Source of the DNA: Calditrichaceae bacterium
GTDB lineage: Bacteria; Calditrichota; Calditrichia; Calditrichales; JBFXGD01
NCBI GenBank assembly: GCA_050173015.1
Contig: JBFXLE010000019.1
Location: 21,730 to 85,729 of the forward strand
Direction: 5' to 3'
Length of the DNA stretch: 64,000 nucleotides
Shown here: positions 50,082 through 61,192 of the stretch, piece after piece
Position numbering within the stretch: position 1 is the first letter of the stretch
Layout: each line of letters starts with the position of its first letter
The notes under the pieces: generated by a model
Databases searched by the model: none
Told to the model about the DNA's origin: nothing
The model's input: the letters and a program-made list of their open reading frames with translations, nothing else
Program-made: the position numbers and the translations under genes

Positions 50082-51323
50082 TTAAGCATATTTCTTGACA
50101 CAAAGACAGGCATTGTGGCCACCAAAACCAAAAGAATTACTCACGGCAGCGGTTACAACCCTTTCCACCGCTTTATTCTGCGTATAATTCAGATCGCACT
50201 CAGGATCAGGTGTTTCATAATTTATTGTCGGCGGAATAGTATCATTTTTTACAACAAGAGTCGATATAATCATTTCAATACCGCCCGCAGCCCCCAGGAG
50301 ATGCCCCGTCATGGATTTGGTTGAACTGATATTCATTTTATAAGCGTGGTCACCAAAAAGCGTTTTAATAGCCGCGCTTTCATTTTTATCATTAAACGGC
50401 GTGGAGGTTCCATGCGCATTTATATACTGAATATCTTTCAATTCAAAATCAGCGTCTTTAACACAGTTCCGAATCGCGCGGATCGCGCCTTCGCCTCCCG
50501 GTGCCGGTTGTGTGATGTGATATGCATCAGCGGTGAACCCAATGCCTCCTAATTCGGCATATATGGTCGCGCCACGTCTTTTTGCGTGCTCCAGTTCTTC
50601 CAGAATTACGATCCCGGCGCCTTCCCCCATTACAAACCCGTCTCGCCCAAGATCGAAAGGACGACTTGCTTTTTCGGGTTCGTCATTCCGGGTTGAAAGC
50701 GCTTTCATGGAGTTAAATCCCGCGACTCCCATAGGAGTAATAGAAGCTTCTGATCCACCGGCGACCATTATATCGGCATCGCCATATTGAATGGTACGCA
50801 AGCTGATTCCAATACTGTGTCCGGAAGTAGCGCAGGCTGAAACCGTTGAATAATTCGGTCCTTTGAGATTATATGCCATGGAAATTTGACCGGCGGCAAT
50901 ATCAGCTATCATTTGCGGAATAAAATACGGACTCACCCTTCTGGGTCCCTGAGTCAGGAGTTTCTCATGTTCATTTTCAAACGAGGACATGCCTCCTATA
51001 CCGGATCCGACAATGACCCCGATTCTGTCACGATCTTCTTTTTCTAAATCAAGACCGGACATTTCAATGGCTTCTTTTGCGGAAATTAACGCGAACTGTG
51101 TATAGCGATCCAGTTTTCTGGATTCCTTACTGTCAAAATAATTTAAGGGATCATAGCCTTTAACTTCCGCGGCGATTTTTGTAGCGAAACTGTCCGGGTC
51201 AAATAGGGTGATTGAACTTACGCCACTTTTACCCTTTAACAGATTTTCCCAGGTTTCGGATGCATTCAAACCCACCGGTGTAATGGCTCCAAAGCCTGTC
51301 ACTACTACTCGTCTTTTTGCCAT
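50082..51323 (-). CDS. fabF: 3-oxoacyl-ACP synthase II
   Basis: VSACATS, INAHGTST, KSMTGHLLGAAG, NSFGFGGHN. Confidence 0.98.
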   Translation of the reverse strand: MAKRRVVVTGFGAITPVGLNASETWENLLKGKSGVSSITLFDPDSFATKIAAEVKGYDPLNYFDSKESRKLDRYTQFALISAKEAIEMSGLDLEKEDRDRIGVIVGSGIGGMSSFENEHEKLLTQGPRRVSPYFIPQMIADIAAGQISMAYNLKGPNYSTVSACATSGHSIGISLRTIQYGDADIMVAGGSEASITPMGVAGFNSMKALSTRNDEPEKASRPFDLGRDGFVMGEGAGIVILEELEHAKRRGATIYAELGGIGFTADAYHITQPAPGGEGAIRAIRNCVKDADFELKDIQYINAHGTSTPFNDKNESAAIKTLFGDHAYKMNISSTKSMTGHLLGAAGGIEMIISTLVVKNDTIPPTINYETPDPECDLNYTQNKAVERVVTAAVSNSFGFGGHNACLCVKKYA

Positions 51324-51363
51324 GATCAATAATCCATTTTATTCTACTTACACTGAATACAAA

Positions 51364-51411
51364 TAAATTGATGCAATCCGCGGTTGATATCAATCAGATT
51401 GCATCAATTTA
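51364..51411. terminator. Long inverted repeat between acpP and fabF
   Basis: Perfect 15-bp arms TAAATTGATGCAATC (51364-51378) and GATTGCATCAATTTA (51397-51411), plus inner TTG-atat-CAA pairing. Confidence 0.6.
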
Positions 51412-51427
51412 AAGATCAATTGTATGA

Positions 51428-51664
51428 TTAATTGCCTAATTTTTCAGTCAGGTATGTAATAGCATCTCCAACAGTCCGCATTTTTTCAGCGTCTTCATCA
51501 GGAATCTCAATTTCAAATTTTTCTTCAAATGCCATCACCAGCTCGACAGTATCCAAACTATCCGCGCCAAGATCATCTATAAAAGAAGCTTCCGGTTTTA
51601 CCTGTGCTTCATCAACGCCCAACTGATCGATGATAATTTCTCTGACTTTTTCTTCAATAGCCAT
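51428..51664 (-). CDS. acpP: Acyl carrier protein
   Basis: [18 protein letters not shown]. Confidence 0.99.
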   Translation of the reverse strand: MAIEEKVREIIIDQLGVDEAQVKPEASFIDDLGADSLDTVELVMAFEEKFEIEIPDEDAEKMRTVGDAITYLTEKLGN

Positions 51665-51705
51665 TTTACTCTCCTTATTTATTTAATGTTAGCCTCTACT
51701 CGTTT

Positions 51706-52446
51706 TTACATTACCATGCCACCGTCAACATTGATGACCTGCCCCGTAATATACGCTGCGTCATCGGAAACTAAAAATGATACTATTTTAGCAACATCTT
51801 CAGGCTGACCTAACTTAGCTAATGGAATTGATTTAAGCAATTCATCTTTTACCTGCGAAGGCAAATTCCCCGTCATATCTGTTTCAATAAATCCGGGCGC
51901 CACCGCATTTACACGTATATTTCTTCCTGACAATTCTTTTGCGACGCTTTTTGTAAGACCGATAATTCCCGCTTTTGATGCCGCATAATTTACCTGTCCC
52001 GCATTCCCTACCTGACCGATAACCGAGGTAATATTAATGATCACCCCGCTTCTCTGCTTCATATATGGTTTAGTGATACTTCGTATACAGTTATACGCGC
52101 CTTTCAAATTTGTTTTTAACACTATATCCCAGTCGTCTTCTGACATGCGCAGCAAAAGATTATCACGGGTGATACCCGCGTTATTTATCAGAATATCAAT
52201 CTTCCCGAATTTTTCTATAGCGCCGTCGATTAACTTCTGAGCATCTGAGGCATCACCAACATCGCCGGCGATAGCAAGAACTTCGGAACCGGCTTTTTCG
52301 ATTTCTTCCGAGACATTAGCCAGACTCTCTTTGTTCCTACCGCTTAGAACAATATTGGCTCCTCTTGAAGCCAGTTCCAAGGCGATTGATTTACCGATTC
52401 CTCTTGATGATCCGGTTACGATAGCCACCCTGCCGCTTAAATTCAT
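51706..52446 (-). CDS. fabG: 3-oxoacyl-ACP reductase
   Basis: TGSSRGIG, NNAGITRD, NYAASKAG, PGFIETDMT. Confidence 0.97.
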   Translation of the reverse strand: MNLSGRVAIVTGSSRGIGKSIALELASRGANIVLSGRNKESLANVSEEIEKAGSEVLAIAGDVGDASDAQKLIDGAIEKFGKIDILINNAGITRDNLLLRMSEDDWDIVLKTNLKGAYNCIRSITKPYMKQRSGVIINITSVIGQVGNAGQVNYAASKAGIIGLTKSVAKELSGRNIRVNAVAPGFIETDMTGNLPSQVKDELLKSIPLAKLGQPEDVAKIVSFLVSDDAAYITGQVINVDGGMVM

Positions 52447-53408
52447 GCTTCTCCTCCGGATTTTTCCAATTCAGTGATTCTACCGATTGTATCACAGGAT
52501 ACCGACCGGTCAATACGTTTCATGAGTCCTTTTAGCACATTACCGGGTCCGACTTCATAAAATTCCCTGAATCCGTCACTTATCATGTTTTCTACTAAAT
52601 TTTGCCACAAAACCGGGCTGGTAAGTTGTTTCAGCAACAATTCTTTTATCCGCCCGCTATCCTGAGTAGGGTTAGCATCAACATTTGAGTAAAATGGTAT
52701 ATTGGCGTCTTTAAAGACCGTCTTTTCAAGCACTTCTTGCAAACCTTCTGCCGCGCTTTGCATAAGCGGGCTGTGAAACGCGCCTGAAACGACTAATTCC
52801 ATGGCCATTTTAGCGCCCATCTCTTTCGCCGCATTTATTGCATTAAGAATCACATGCCGGTCGCCGGATATGGCAATCTGGCCGGGACAATTAAAATTAG
52901 CCGGTTGAATAACACCGGTATTTTTAAGCTTATCACATAATTCATTCACCTGATCAGGATTCATTCCGATAAGCGCGGCCATTGTGCCCGGTTTTTCCTG
53001 TCCCGCTTTGTGCATTAACTCACTGCGTTTTTTTACCAGCTTTAACCCGTCCTCAAACGAAATCGATTCGGCTGCTACCAAAGCGCTGTACTCACCAAGA
53101 CTGTGACCCGCGACAGCGGAAGGCACCCGGCCTTCGAGCCTCATTAAATTATAAACTATGGTACTGTGTACATAGATCGCCGGTTGAGTAATAAAAGTTT
53201 GTTTAAGATCATCTTCCGGGCCTTCGAAACAGATTTTTTTCAGGTCCAGATCCATAACTTCATTCGCTTTATCGAAATACTTCCGCGCTAAATCGAATTT
53301 TTCATACAAATCCTGACCCATACCGACATATTGAGAAGCCTGTCCTGGAAAAATGAAAGCTCTGTTCATACTCGGGTAATATCCTTGTTTCTGGTTCTTA
53401 TCGGACAC
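52443..53408 (-). CDS. fabD: Malonyl-CoA:ACP transacylase
   Basis: FPGQ, TQPAI, GHSLGEY, SGAFHS, EVGPG; the true start may be ATG 53369. Confidence 0.97.
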   Translation of the reverse strand: MSDKNQKQGYYPSMNRAFIFPGQASQYVGMGQDLYEKFDLARKYFDKANEVMDLDLKKICFEGPEDDLKQTFITQPAIYVHSTIVYNLMRLEGRVPSAVAGHSLGEYSALVAAESISFEDGLKLVKKRSELMHKAGQEKPGTMAALIGMNPDQVNELCDKLKNTGVIQPANFNCPGQIAISGDRHVILNAINAAKEMGAKMAMELVVSGAFHSPLMQSAAEGLQEVLEKTVFKDANIPFYSNVDANPTQDSGRIKELLLKQLTSPVLWQNLVENMISDGFREFYEVGPGNVLKGLMKRIDRSVSCDTIGRITELEKSGGEA

Positions 53409-53440
53409 ATCATTTTTGAAACGCGCATTTTTGACAAAAG

Positions 53441-54448
53441 TTAATTCGACGGTTTATCGATTGCCCATCGGACCAATGTACTCCCCCATGTAAATCCGCC
53501 GCCAAAGGTGGCGAACAAAGCTAAATCCCCTTTGTCCAGCTTTCCCTGCAAAAAGGCTTCGGAGAGAGCCAGCGGTATGGTAGCTGCTGTTGTATTTCCA
53601 TATCGCTCAATATTTATCATCACTTTATTGTAATCAATACCGAGTTTTTTAACAGCGCTGTCGATGATACGGAGATTTGCCTGATGAGGCACAAACAATT
53701 TCAGGTCATCACCTGTATAATTATGCTTTTTTAATATATTAACGGATACTTCCGACATTTTCTGTACAGCAAATTTAAAAACGGATTTTCCATCCTGATA
53801 GATAAAATGCCAGTCTTTTGCAACGGTCTCAAGCGACGCGGGGAACAGGCTACCACCACCCTTCATCATCAGGTAATCAGCGCCGCTCCCATCAGAAAAC
53901 GACATAGAATCGATTATTCCGAGATGATCATCTTCCGATGGCTCCAGAAGAACCGCTCCGGCCGCATCACCGAAAAGCACACAGGTGTTACGATCCGTAT
54001 AATTAACGATTGAACTCATTTTATCTGAACCGACCACAACCACTTTTTTATGAGTTCCGGCCTGAATAAACTGGGTACCGATAGAGAGGGCGAATAGAAA
54101 TCCTGAACACGCGGCCGCAACGTCAAATGACCAGGCGTTTTTTGCTCCGGCTTTTTCCTGGACAAGATTTCCGGTGCTGGGGAAGAACATATCCGGCGTT
54201 ACGGTGGCCACAATAATAACTTCAATGTCAAGCGGATCAATTTTACGCTGTTTGCAGAGATTTTTAACAGCTTCTGCAGCCATGTCGGAAGTCGCCTTCC
54301 CCGGTCCTAAAATTCTTCTTTCCCTGATACCTGTTCTCGTACGTATCCATTCATCATTCGTGTCAACGAGTTTCTCAAGGTCGAAATTTGTTAGGACTTT
54401 GTCCGGCACATAATGGCTTACCGCACTTATCTTAGCACGTATAGACAT
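53441..54448 (-). CDS. fabH: 3-oxoacyl-ACP synthase III
   Basis: AACSGF, LFGDAAGA, PHQANLRI, GNTTAATIP, GGGFTWG. Confidence 0.98.
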   Translation of the reverse strand: MSIRAKISAVSHYVPDKVLTNFDLEKLVDTNDEWIRTRTGIRERRILGPGKATSDMAAEAVKNLCKQRKIDPLDIEVIIVATVTPDMFFPSTGNLVQEKAGAKNAWSFDVAAACSGFLFALSIGTQFIQAGTHKKVVVVGSDKMSSIVNYTDRNTCVLFGDAAGAVLLEPSEDDHLGIIDSMSFSDGSGADYLMMKGGGSLFPASLETVAKDWHFIYQDGKSVFKFAVQKMSEVSVNILKKHNYTGDDLKLFVPHQANLRIIDSAVKKLGIDYNKVMINIERYGNTTAATIPLALSEAFLQGKLDKGDLALFATFGGGFTWGSTLVRWAIDKPSN

Positions 54449-54450
54449 AT

Positions 54451-55452
54451 TTAATCCTCTGTATTTAATCGCTCCGCGATGAGCTTGTTCACGTTTTTCT
54501 GTTGCATATTTTTTGCAACTTTAATTGCGTTTTTAATCGCTTTAGCGGTAGATTTACCGTGACAGATAATTGAAATGCCGTCAACTCCAAGCAGCGGAAC
54601 ACCACCATATTCTTCATAGTCATAACTACGTTTTAGTTCAGAAAATGCCGGTTTTACCAGAAGAGCGCCCAAATTTGTAAATAAATTATTACCGATATTC
54701 TTCTTAATGCCCTTCACGATCACACCCATCACGCTTTCGGCCATTTTCAAAAGAATATTGCCGACAAATCCGTCACAAACAATAATATCGCATTTACCTT
54801 TTAGAATGTCACCACCTTCAACATTCCCGGTGAAATTGCGCAAATTTTGCTTGAGTAGCTGATGGGCGGCTACAGTCAGCTCATTTCCCTTCTTCTCTTC
54901 TTCACCAATGCTAAGCAGACCAATTGTTGAATTTGGCGCGTCAAAAACTTTGCTGACAAAAATATTACCCATCACTGCAAATTGCAAGAGGTGATTGGGT
55001 TTGGAGTCAGCGTTTGCTCCCACATCAATAACAAACACCATTCCGTGTTCACTTGGCAGAAAAGCGCCAATTGCGGGACGTTTCACACCCTGGATTCGTC
55101 CAAGTGTAAAAAGACTTCCGGCCATTTGGGCGCCGGTACTGCCGGCACTCACAAAAGCTGAAACTTCACCACGCTTATGCAGGTCGAGACCGACCACCAT
55201 CGAAGAATTTTTCTTTTTCTTAAGAGCTTCGGTAGGAGATTCATTCATCTCTATATTTTCAGGGGCGTGAACGATTGAAAATCGTTCATGGAATTTAGGA
55301 GGAATATGTTGTAACCGGTCATTAATTAAATCCCGGTCGCCGACAAGTACAATCTCATCGTCGTCATGGGATTCCTTAATATATAAATAAGCCCCTTCGA
55401 CCGTAGCGCGGGGGCCCAAATCTCCTCCAAGAATATCTAATGCTATGCGCAC
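54451..55452 (-). CDS. plsX: Phosphate acyltransferase PlsX
   Basis: IALDILGGD, SAGSTGA, DVGANAD, GEEEKKG, DGFVGN, HGKS. Confidence 0.97.
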   Translation of the reverse strand: MRIALDILGGDLGPRATVEGAYLYIKESHDDDEIVLVGDRDLINDRLQHIPPKFHERFSIVHAPENIEMNESPTEALKKKKNSSMVVGLDLHKRGEVSAFVSAGSTGAQMAGSLFTLGRIQGVKRPAIGAFLPSEHGMVFVIDVGANADSKPNHLLQFAVMGNIFVSKVFDAPNSTIGLLSIGEEEKKGNELTVAAHQLLKQNLRNFTGNVEGGDILKGKCDIIVCDGFVGNILLKMAESVMGVIVKGIKKNIGNNLFTNLGALLVKPAFSELKRSYDYEEYGGVPLLGVDGISIICHGKSTAKAIKNAIKVAKNMQQKNVNKLIAERLNTED

Positions 55453-55475
55453 TAATTTAACCCGATACGATTATA

Positions 55476-55664
55476 CTATGCGGATTTAGGAATAAATACA
55501 CTTTTGCCTTTGTGGTAACCACAAGCAGGGCAGGCATGATGAGGTAATTTTTTCTCACCGCAATGGTCACAGGTAATCAGGGTTTTGGACTTCAGCAAAT
55601 TCGCCCACTGTGCGCGGCGCATATCTCTCTTTGAGCGTGAAATTTTACGTTTTGGATTAGCCAT
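55476..55664 (-). CDS. rpmF: 50S ribosomal protein L32
   Basis: MANPKRKISRSKRDMRR, CDHC...HHACPACGYH. Confidence 0.97.
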   Translation of the reverse strand: MANPKRKISRSKRDMRRAQWANLLKSKTLITCDHCGEKKLPHHACPACGYHKGKSVFIPKSA

Positions 55665-55673
55665 TTTATGCTC

Positions 55674-56168
55674 CTACTTAATAAATTTTCGTAAATCTTC
55701 CCATCTGGGATCTATTTTTTCTTCTGAACAGGTACATTTTTCAAGATTCAGGTCTGCCCCGCAACCGGGACAAAGCCCCATACATTCATCCTTACAAATC
55801 ATCTTCACCGGGTGATTAAGAGAAATTATTTCAGTTATCAGCGGTGAAATATCTATCTCTATCGCGTCTCCGGGCAGTTGAGTTACATCTTCTGTCTCAG
55901 TGAGACGACCCTTACCTATTTGATAGATATGTTCCAACATTCCTTCAAAGGGTTCAGAATAAGATGTCAGACAGCGGTCACAATTATAATGTCCGGTAGA
56001 TTTCAACACAACTTTTACCCGGTAATCATGATCAAATCTATCCAGCCAAACATGAACCAAAAACGCTTCAGGGTAATAGGTTCGTAATTCTTCTTTCAGA
56101 AACCCTGCTTCAATCAAATCTTCAATCTCAATGAGATCATTTTTTATATTTTGGATATTAATCTTCAT
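55674..56168 (-). CDS. yceD: YceD / DUF177 family protein
   Basis: CDRCL, CKDECMGLCPGCG.DLN...C.C, DPRW; conserved position upstream of rpmF. Confidence 0.93.
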   Translation of the reverse strand: MKINIQNIKNDLIEIEDLIEAGFLKEELRTYYPEAFLVHVWLDRFDHDYRVKVVLKSTGHYNCDRCLTSYSEPFEGMLEHIYQIGKGRLTETEDVTQLPGDAIEIDISPLITEIISLNHPVKMICKDECMGLCPGCGADLNLEKCTCSEEKIDPRWEDLRKFIK

Positions 56169-56179
56169 AGCAAAGCGGA

Positions 56180-56208
56180 AATATATAAAAAGAACCTTTG
56201 TAATTCAA
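56180..56208 (-). promoter_or_regulatory. Candidate sigma70-like promoter of the yceD-rpmF-fab operon
   Basis: Minus strand TTGAAT-N17-TATATT, ending 11 nt before the yceD ATG. Confidence 0.45.
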
Positions 56209-56256
56209 ATTTATATGATAAAACACCCAAAATATTTATTTTTGAGTCATTTAGTA

Positions 56257-57480
56257 TCACGCGTTTTTATATTCACTGACAATCTTCATCGTATCAACGG
56301 CGATTACCAGTTCTTCATTTGTCGGGATTACAAGGCATGCCACTTTGGAATCATTACTGCTTATTTCCCGTTCTTCTTTCGATTTAGCCTCATTCTTCAG
56401 TTTGTCCAGCTTGACTCCGAGAAATTCGAGTCCTTCAAGTGAATTCTTTCTGACAAGCGATGAATTTTCACCGATCCCCCCGGTAAAAACAATCGCGTCC
56501 AGTCCGCCCATCGCGGCCGCGTAGGCGCCAATATATTTTTTCAGCCTGTATGTAAAAATGTCGTGCGCTAATCTGGCCCGCCCGCTTTCTTCATACTCAT
56601 TTTCAATCTCGCGCATATCACTGCTGATACCACTCACTCCCTGTAGTCCGCTGTGTTTGTTCAGCATGGTGGTCGCGTCATTCATGGTCAATTCTTCCTT
56701 ACTCATTATCTGCAAAATAATGGCAGGATCCAGATCCCCGCTGCGTGTCCCCATCAGCAATCCTTCGAGTGGTGTGAAACCCATCGAAGTATCAACAGAT
56801 TGGCCATTCTTCACCGCGGCCGCGGAGGCGCCATTCCCGAGATGACACGTAATAATTTTTAGCTGTTCTTTAGGTTTTTTTAATATTTCAATCGCGCGCT
56901 CAGAGACATAACGATGTGAAGTACCGTGAAATCCGTATCGTCTTATCCCGTGACGTTTATATAATACATATGGCAAACCATAAAGATAAGCATGTACCGG
57001 CATTGTCTGATGAAAAGCCGTATCAAATACCCCAACCTGCGGCGCATCCGGTAAGATCTGCATGGCGGCGGCGATTCCCTTAAGGTTAGGCGGATTATGC
57101 AGCGGCGCGTAATCTATACAGCGGCGAATCTCTTTAATTACATCCTCCGTAATCATAACAGAACCGCTGAATGTTTCACCTCCGTGAACCACGCGATGCC
57201 CAACAGCTCCAATTTCTTTCTTATCTTTAATAACCCCGTGATTCTTGCTCATCAGGATGCTTATGACATATTCTATCGCCATCTTATGATCAAGTATTTC
57301 CCCCGAAAGTCGTACCTCATCGCGATCAAAAGGCGTGTGTGTCAGGATCGCGCCGGACATACCTATTCGTTCGACAAGGCCCTTAGCCAGAACTTTCCTG
57401 TTTTCCGGATTAATTACCTGGTACTTAACAGATGAGCTACCCGCATTGATTACCAGTACGATCATCTTTGTTTTCCCCAA
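56257..57480 (-). CDS. ackA: Acetate kinase
   Basis: NAGSSS, GHRVVHGG, APLHNP, YGFHGTSH, HLGNGAS, FTGGIGEN, TNEE. Confidence 0.97.
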   Translation of the reverse strand: MGKTKMIVLVINAGSSSVKYQVINPENRKVLAKGLVERIGMSGAILTHTPFDRDEVRLSGEILDHKMAIEYVISILMSKNHGVIKDKKEIGAVGHRVVHGGETFSGSVMITEDVIKEIRRCIDYAPLHNPPNLKGIAAAMQILPDAPQVGVFDTAFHQTMPVHAYLYGLPYVLYKRHGIRRYGFHGTSHRYVSERAIEILKKPKEQLKIITCHLGNGASAAAVKNGQSVDTSMGFTPLEGLLMGTRSGDLDPAIILQIMSKEELTMNDATTMLNKHSGLQGVSGISSDMREIENEYEESGRARLAHDIFTYRLKKYIGAYAAAMGGLDAIVFTGGIGENSSLVRKNSLEGLEFLGVKLDKLKNEAKSKEEREISSNDSKVACLVIPTNEELVIAVDTMKIVSEYKNA

Positions 57481-57513
57481 TATTAAATTTATTTTTATAC
57501 CACTGATTGTACA

Positions 57514-58434
57514 TTATTTATCGTACTGAAAAAATCCTTTGCCCGTTTTTTGTCCTAAATGTCCGGCCCGGACAAGTTTTCTCAAAAGCGGACAGGGCCT
57601 GTATTTTGAATCTCCCAGTTCACGGAAGAGTGTCTCCATCCAGGTCATGAGTTCATCTAATCCAATTGCGTCCGCGAGCGCAAGAGGTCCTTTTGAAAAA
57701 TTATAACCCAGTTTCATGGCTGTATCAATATGTTCCGCAGTTGCCACACCTTCCATTAAAATGTGGATTGCCTCATTAATCATCGGCACAATTATACGGG
57801 TGGTGATATAACCGGGATATTCAAAGACCTCAACTGCGGTTTTATCCAATGTTTCCGCAAACGCCTTGATAAACTGATAGGTTTCGTTCGATGTCTTTAA
57901 GCCACGGACAATTTCGACCAGAGGAATCTTAGGAACCGGATTAAGAAAATGCATTCCGATAATCCTGTCCTGGCGTTCTGTAACAGAAGCTATTTCAGTA
58001 ATACTCAACGCTGATGTATTGGTGATAAAAATAGTATCCGGTTCGCAAATTTTATCGATTTTATTCAACAAGTTTTGCTTAACGGACAAATTCTCGGAAA
58101 TTGATTCTATCACGATGTCACCATAGACCGCGTCATCAACTTTGCTCGAAACACTGGTTCTACTGAGAATGGCCCTTTTCTCACTCTCGGTCATCGTCCA
58201 TCTCGCGATTTCAGCATCAATATTTTTTTGTAACTCAGAAAGTCCCTTTTTGGCAGATTCTTTATCTCTTTCGATCAAAATCACATCCATACCTTTTGAT
58301 GCCACCAACTGAGAGATACCTCTCCCCATTGTACCGGCTCCGAAAACAACTACCTTCTTGATCACTTCCATTTGATCATTTCCGGCAAGTTCAGTCTGAC
58401 GCAGAATCTCGATATCCATAATATTTTCTGCCAT
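57514..58434 (-). CDS. hbd: 3-hydroxybutyryl/3-hydroxyacyl-CoA dehydrogenase
   Basis: [52 protein letters not shown] 58434 after GGAGGT. Confidence 0.88.
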   Translation of the reverse strand: MAENIMDIEILRQTELAGNDQMEVIKKVVVFGAGTMGRGISQLVASKGMDVILIERDKESAKKGLSELQKNIDAEIARWTMTESEKRAILSRTSVSSKVDDAVYGDIVIESISENLSVKQNLLNKIDKICEPDTIFITNTSALSITEIASVTERQDRIIGMHFLNPVPKIPLVEIVRGLKTSNETYQFIKAFAETLDKTAVEVFEYPGYITTRIIVPMINEAIHILMEGVATAEHIDTAMKLGYNFSKGPLALADAIGLDELMTWMETLFRELGDSKYRPCPLLRKLVRAGHLGQKTGKGFFQYDK

Positions 58435-58451
58435 AGCCACCTCCCAAAAAC

Positions 58452-58483
58452 AATTAAAAGCGCTGAAATCAGCGCTTTTAATT
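58452..58483. terminator. Bidirectional-type intrinsic terminator hairpin between ndk and hbd
   Basis: Perfect arms AATTAAAAGCGCTGA / TCAGCGCTTTTAATT, with T-tracts on both strands. Confidence 0.65.
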
Positions 58484-58907
58484 AATTGTTTTCAATTAAT
58501 TCCTGCTCAGAAAAGAAGAACTTAATTTCGATTTTTGCATTCTCTGATGAATCGGATGCATGAATGACATTTCTTCCCTTGCTCTCAGCATATAATTTTC
58601 TTACTGTTCCGTCCTCGGCTTCTGCCGGATCCGTCGCGCCAATCGTTTTTCTCAGATCGACCACCGCATTTTCTTTTTCCAGAACCAGCGGAACAACAGA
58701 ACCTTCTGTCATAAATTCCACCAATTCACCATAAAAAGGCCGTTCTTTATGGACCGCGTAAAACTCGCCGGCAGTCGCCGGTGTCAATTTAGTCATTTTC
58801 ATCGCAATGACTTTAAATCCCGCGTTCAACAAATGATCAATTACTTTACCTGTATAATTATCCTGAACGCAATCCGGTTTCAGGATCGCCAATGTTCTCT
58901 CTTTCAC
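58482..58907 (-). CDS. ndk: Nucleoside diphosphate kinase
   Basis: [38 protein letters not shown] 58907 after AGGAG. Confidence 0.97.
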   Translation of the reverse strand: MKERTLAILKPDCVQDNYTGKVIDHLLNAGFKVIAMKMTKLTPATAGEFYAVHKERPFYGELVEFMTEGSVVPLVLEKENAVVDLRKTIGATDPAEAEDGTVRKLYAESKGRNVIHASDSSENAKIEIKFFFSEQELIENN

Positions 58908-58936
58908 TCTAACTCCTGTTCTTTTCATCCATTTGA

Positions 58937-59815
58937 TTATTTTTTTGACAATACTTTTTGCATCGTTAAACCGATTTCAGACGGGCTTTTGCAAACATGA
59001 ATTCCGGCTGCTTCAAGCGCTTTCATTTTGTCTGCCGCCGTACCCTGTCCGCCGCTGATAATCGCACCGGCATGCCCCATTCTTCTTCCCGGAGGCGCTG
59101 TCTGTCCGGCGATAAAGCTGACGACCGGTTTATTAAAATTCGCCTTAATCCAGGCGGCGGCCTCTTCTTCCGCGGTTCCGCCGATTTCTCCGATCAGCAC
59201 AACGGCTTTAGTGTCATCATCATCTTTAAACAACTTAAGCGCGTCGATAAAACGGGTACCGATAACCGGATCGCCTCCGATACCGATACAGGTCGACTGG
59301 CCGATTCCAAGACCGGTTAGCTGGCCCACGGCTTCATAGGTTAGCGTTCCCGAGCGGCTAATGACACCCACATTACCCTGTCTGTGAATAAAACCCGGCA
59401 TAATTCCCATCTTACCAATTCCTGGTGAAATCACGCCCGGACAGTTTGGCCCGACTAAATGGGTATTTTTATCACTGATATATTCATAAACATCCACCAT
59501 ATCCATTGCCGGAATGCCTTCAGTAATACAGACGATCAGACCTATTCCCGCGTCAGCGGCCTCCATGATCGCGTCTTTCGCGAATGCCGGCGGCACAAAT
59601 ATTACCGATGCGTTGGCGCCGGTTTCTTTTACCGCGTCTGCCACCGTATTGAAAATGGGCACTGTCTCCATAAATTTTTGACCGCCTTTTCCCGGCGTGA
59701 CTCCCGCGACAACTTTCGTATTGTATTCCAGCATCTGTGTTGTATGAAATGATCCCTCGGAACCTGTGATTCCCTGGACAAGCACTTTTGTATTTTTATT
59801 TAATAAGATACTCAT
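58937..59815 (-). CDS. sucD: Succinyl-CoA ligase alpha subunit
   Basis: [36 protein letters not shown]. Confidence 0.98.
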   Translation of the reverse strand: MSILLNKNTKVLVQGITGSEGSFHTTQMLEYNTKVVAGVTPGKGGQKFMETVPIFNTVADAVKETGANASVIFVPPAFAKDAIMEAADAGIGLIVCITEGIPAMDMVDVYEYISDKNTHLVGPNCPGVISPGIGKMGIMPGFIHRQGNVGVISRSGTLTYEAVGQLTGLGIGQSTCIGIGGDPVIGTRFIDALKLFKDDDDTKAVVLIGEIGGTAEEEAAAWIKANFNKPVVSFIAGQTAPPGRRMGHAGAIISGGQGTAADKMKALEAAGIHVCKSPSEIGLTMQKVLSKK

Positions 59816-59860
59816 TCTTAAACTCCCTTATATCTAAAGTGGATATAATCCAAATCTGAT

Positions 59861-61024
59861 TTAATTTTTTATCTGATTGACCACTTTTTCAGCGGCATCC
59901 TGTATAGATTTTGCAACCACAAAATCAAGACCTGAATTATCCAGCATCACACCGGCTTCCTTAGCGTTAGTACCTTCAAGACGAACGACAACAGGAACAC
60001 TTACATCAATTGATTTAACCGCTTCAATTACCCCCTGCGCGACACGGTCACAGCGGACAATGCCACCAAATATATTAATCAGAATCGCTTTTACATTTTT
60101 ATCGCTTAATATGATCTTAAAACCGTTTCGGACGGTATCCACATTCGCGCTGCCGCCAACATCCAAAAAGTTGGCCGGTTCACCGCCGGCTAATTTAATA
60201 ATATCCATTGTTGCCATGGCCAGTCCCGCGCCATTGACCATACAACCGACATTGCCATCCAGCTTTATATAGTTCAGATCATACTTTGAGGCTTCCACTT
60301 CCAGTGGTTCTTCCTCATCAAGATCTCGTAAATCCAGTAATTCTTTATGACGATACATGGAGCTGTCATCAAAATTTATCTTGGCGTCCAGCGCGATAAC
60401 ATCCCCTTCACCGGTGATGACTAAAGGATTTATTTCAGCCAGTGAACAATCATTTGCCTTGAACGCGTTATAAAGCGACATCATAAATTTTACGGCGTTT
60501 CCAACCTGCTTTCCCTCCAGCCCAAGTCCAAATGCCAGTTTTCTGGCCTGAAACGGCTGTAAACCTACACGGGGATCAATCCATTCCTTTAATATTTTTT
60601 CCGGAGTTTCAGCGGCTACTTTTTCGATTTCCACACCACCTTCTGTACTTGCCATCATCACAAAACGGGACGTTGCTCTGTCCAGAACCATTCCAAGATA
60701 AAGCTCACGGGCAATGTCCATTCCCTGTTCAATCAACAATTTCTTGACTTCTTTTCCCTCAGGGCCGGTCTGGTGAGTGATCAGGTTCATACCAAGTATT
60801 TGCTTTGAAAGTTCACGCACTTCATCAGGACTTTTAGCAAGCTTTACACCACCGCCTTTACCACGGCCGCCGGCATGAATCTGCGCTTTGACAACAACTA
60901 CCTTTGTACCTAGCTTTTTAGCCGCCTGGACAGCTTCATCCGGAGAAAAAGCGACATATCCTTCGGGTACAGGCACATTATACTTTCTTAAGATTTCTTT
61001 GGCCTGATATTCATGAATTTTCAT
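59861..61024 (-). CDS. sucC: Succinyl-CoA ligase beta subunit
   Basis: [45 protein letters not shown]. Confidence 0.98.
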   Translation of the reverse strand: MKIHEYQAKEILRKYNVPVPEGYVAFSPDEAVQAAKKLGTKVVVVKAQIHAGGRGKGGGVKLAKSPDEVRELSKQILGMNLITHQTGPEGKEVKKLLIEQGMDIARELYLGMVLDRATSRFVMMASTEGGVEIEKVAAETPEKILKEWIDPRVGLQPFQARKLAFGLGLEGKQVGNAVKFMMSLYNAFKANDCSLAEINPLVITGEGDVIALDAKINFDDSSMYRHKELLDLRDLDEEEPLEVEASKYDLNYIKLDGNVGCMVNGAGLAMATMDIIKLAGGEPANFLDVGGSANVDTVRNGFKIILSDKNVKAILINIFGGIVRCDRVAQGVIEAVKSIDVSVPVVVRLEGTNAKEAGVMLDNSGLDFVVAKSIQDAAEKVVNQIKN

Positions 61025-61192
61025 CCTAAAACTCCTAAAATTTTATTTATGAAAAATTAACTGATCTTAGTCCGTGTATTTTATTATTGTCTATTTTCAA
61101 ATATAAGGATTTATCTCGTATATGTAAAACAAAAACACACACCTAATTGTTCTGATGAAATCAATTTTTCAGGCTTAAATCCATTTAAACAC

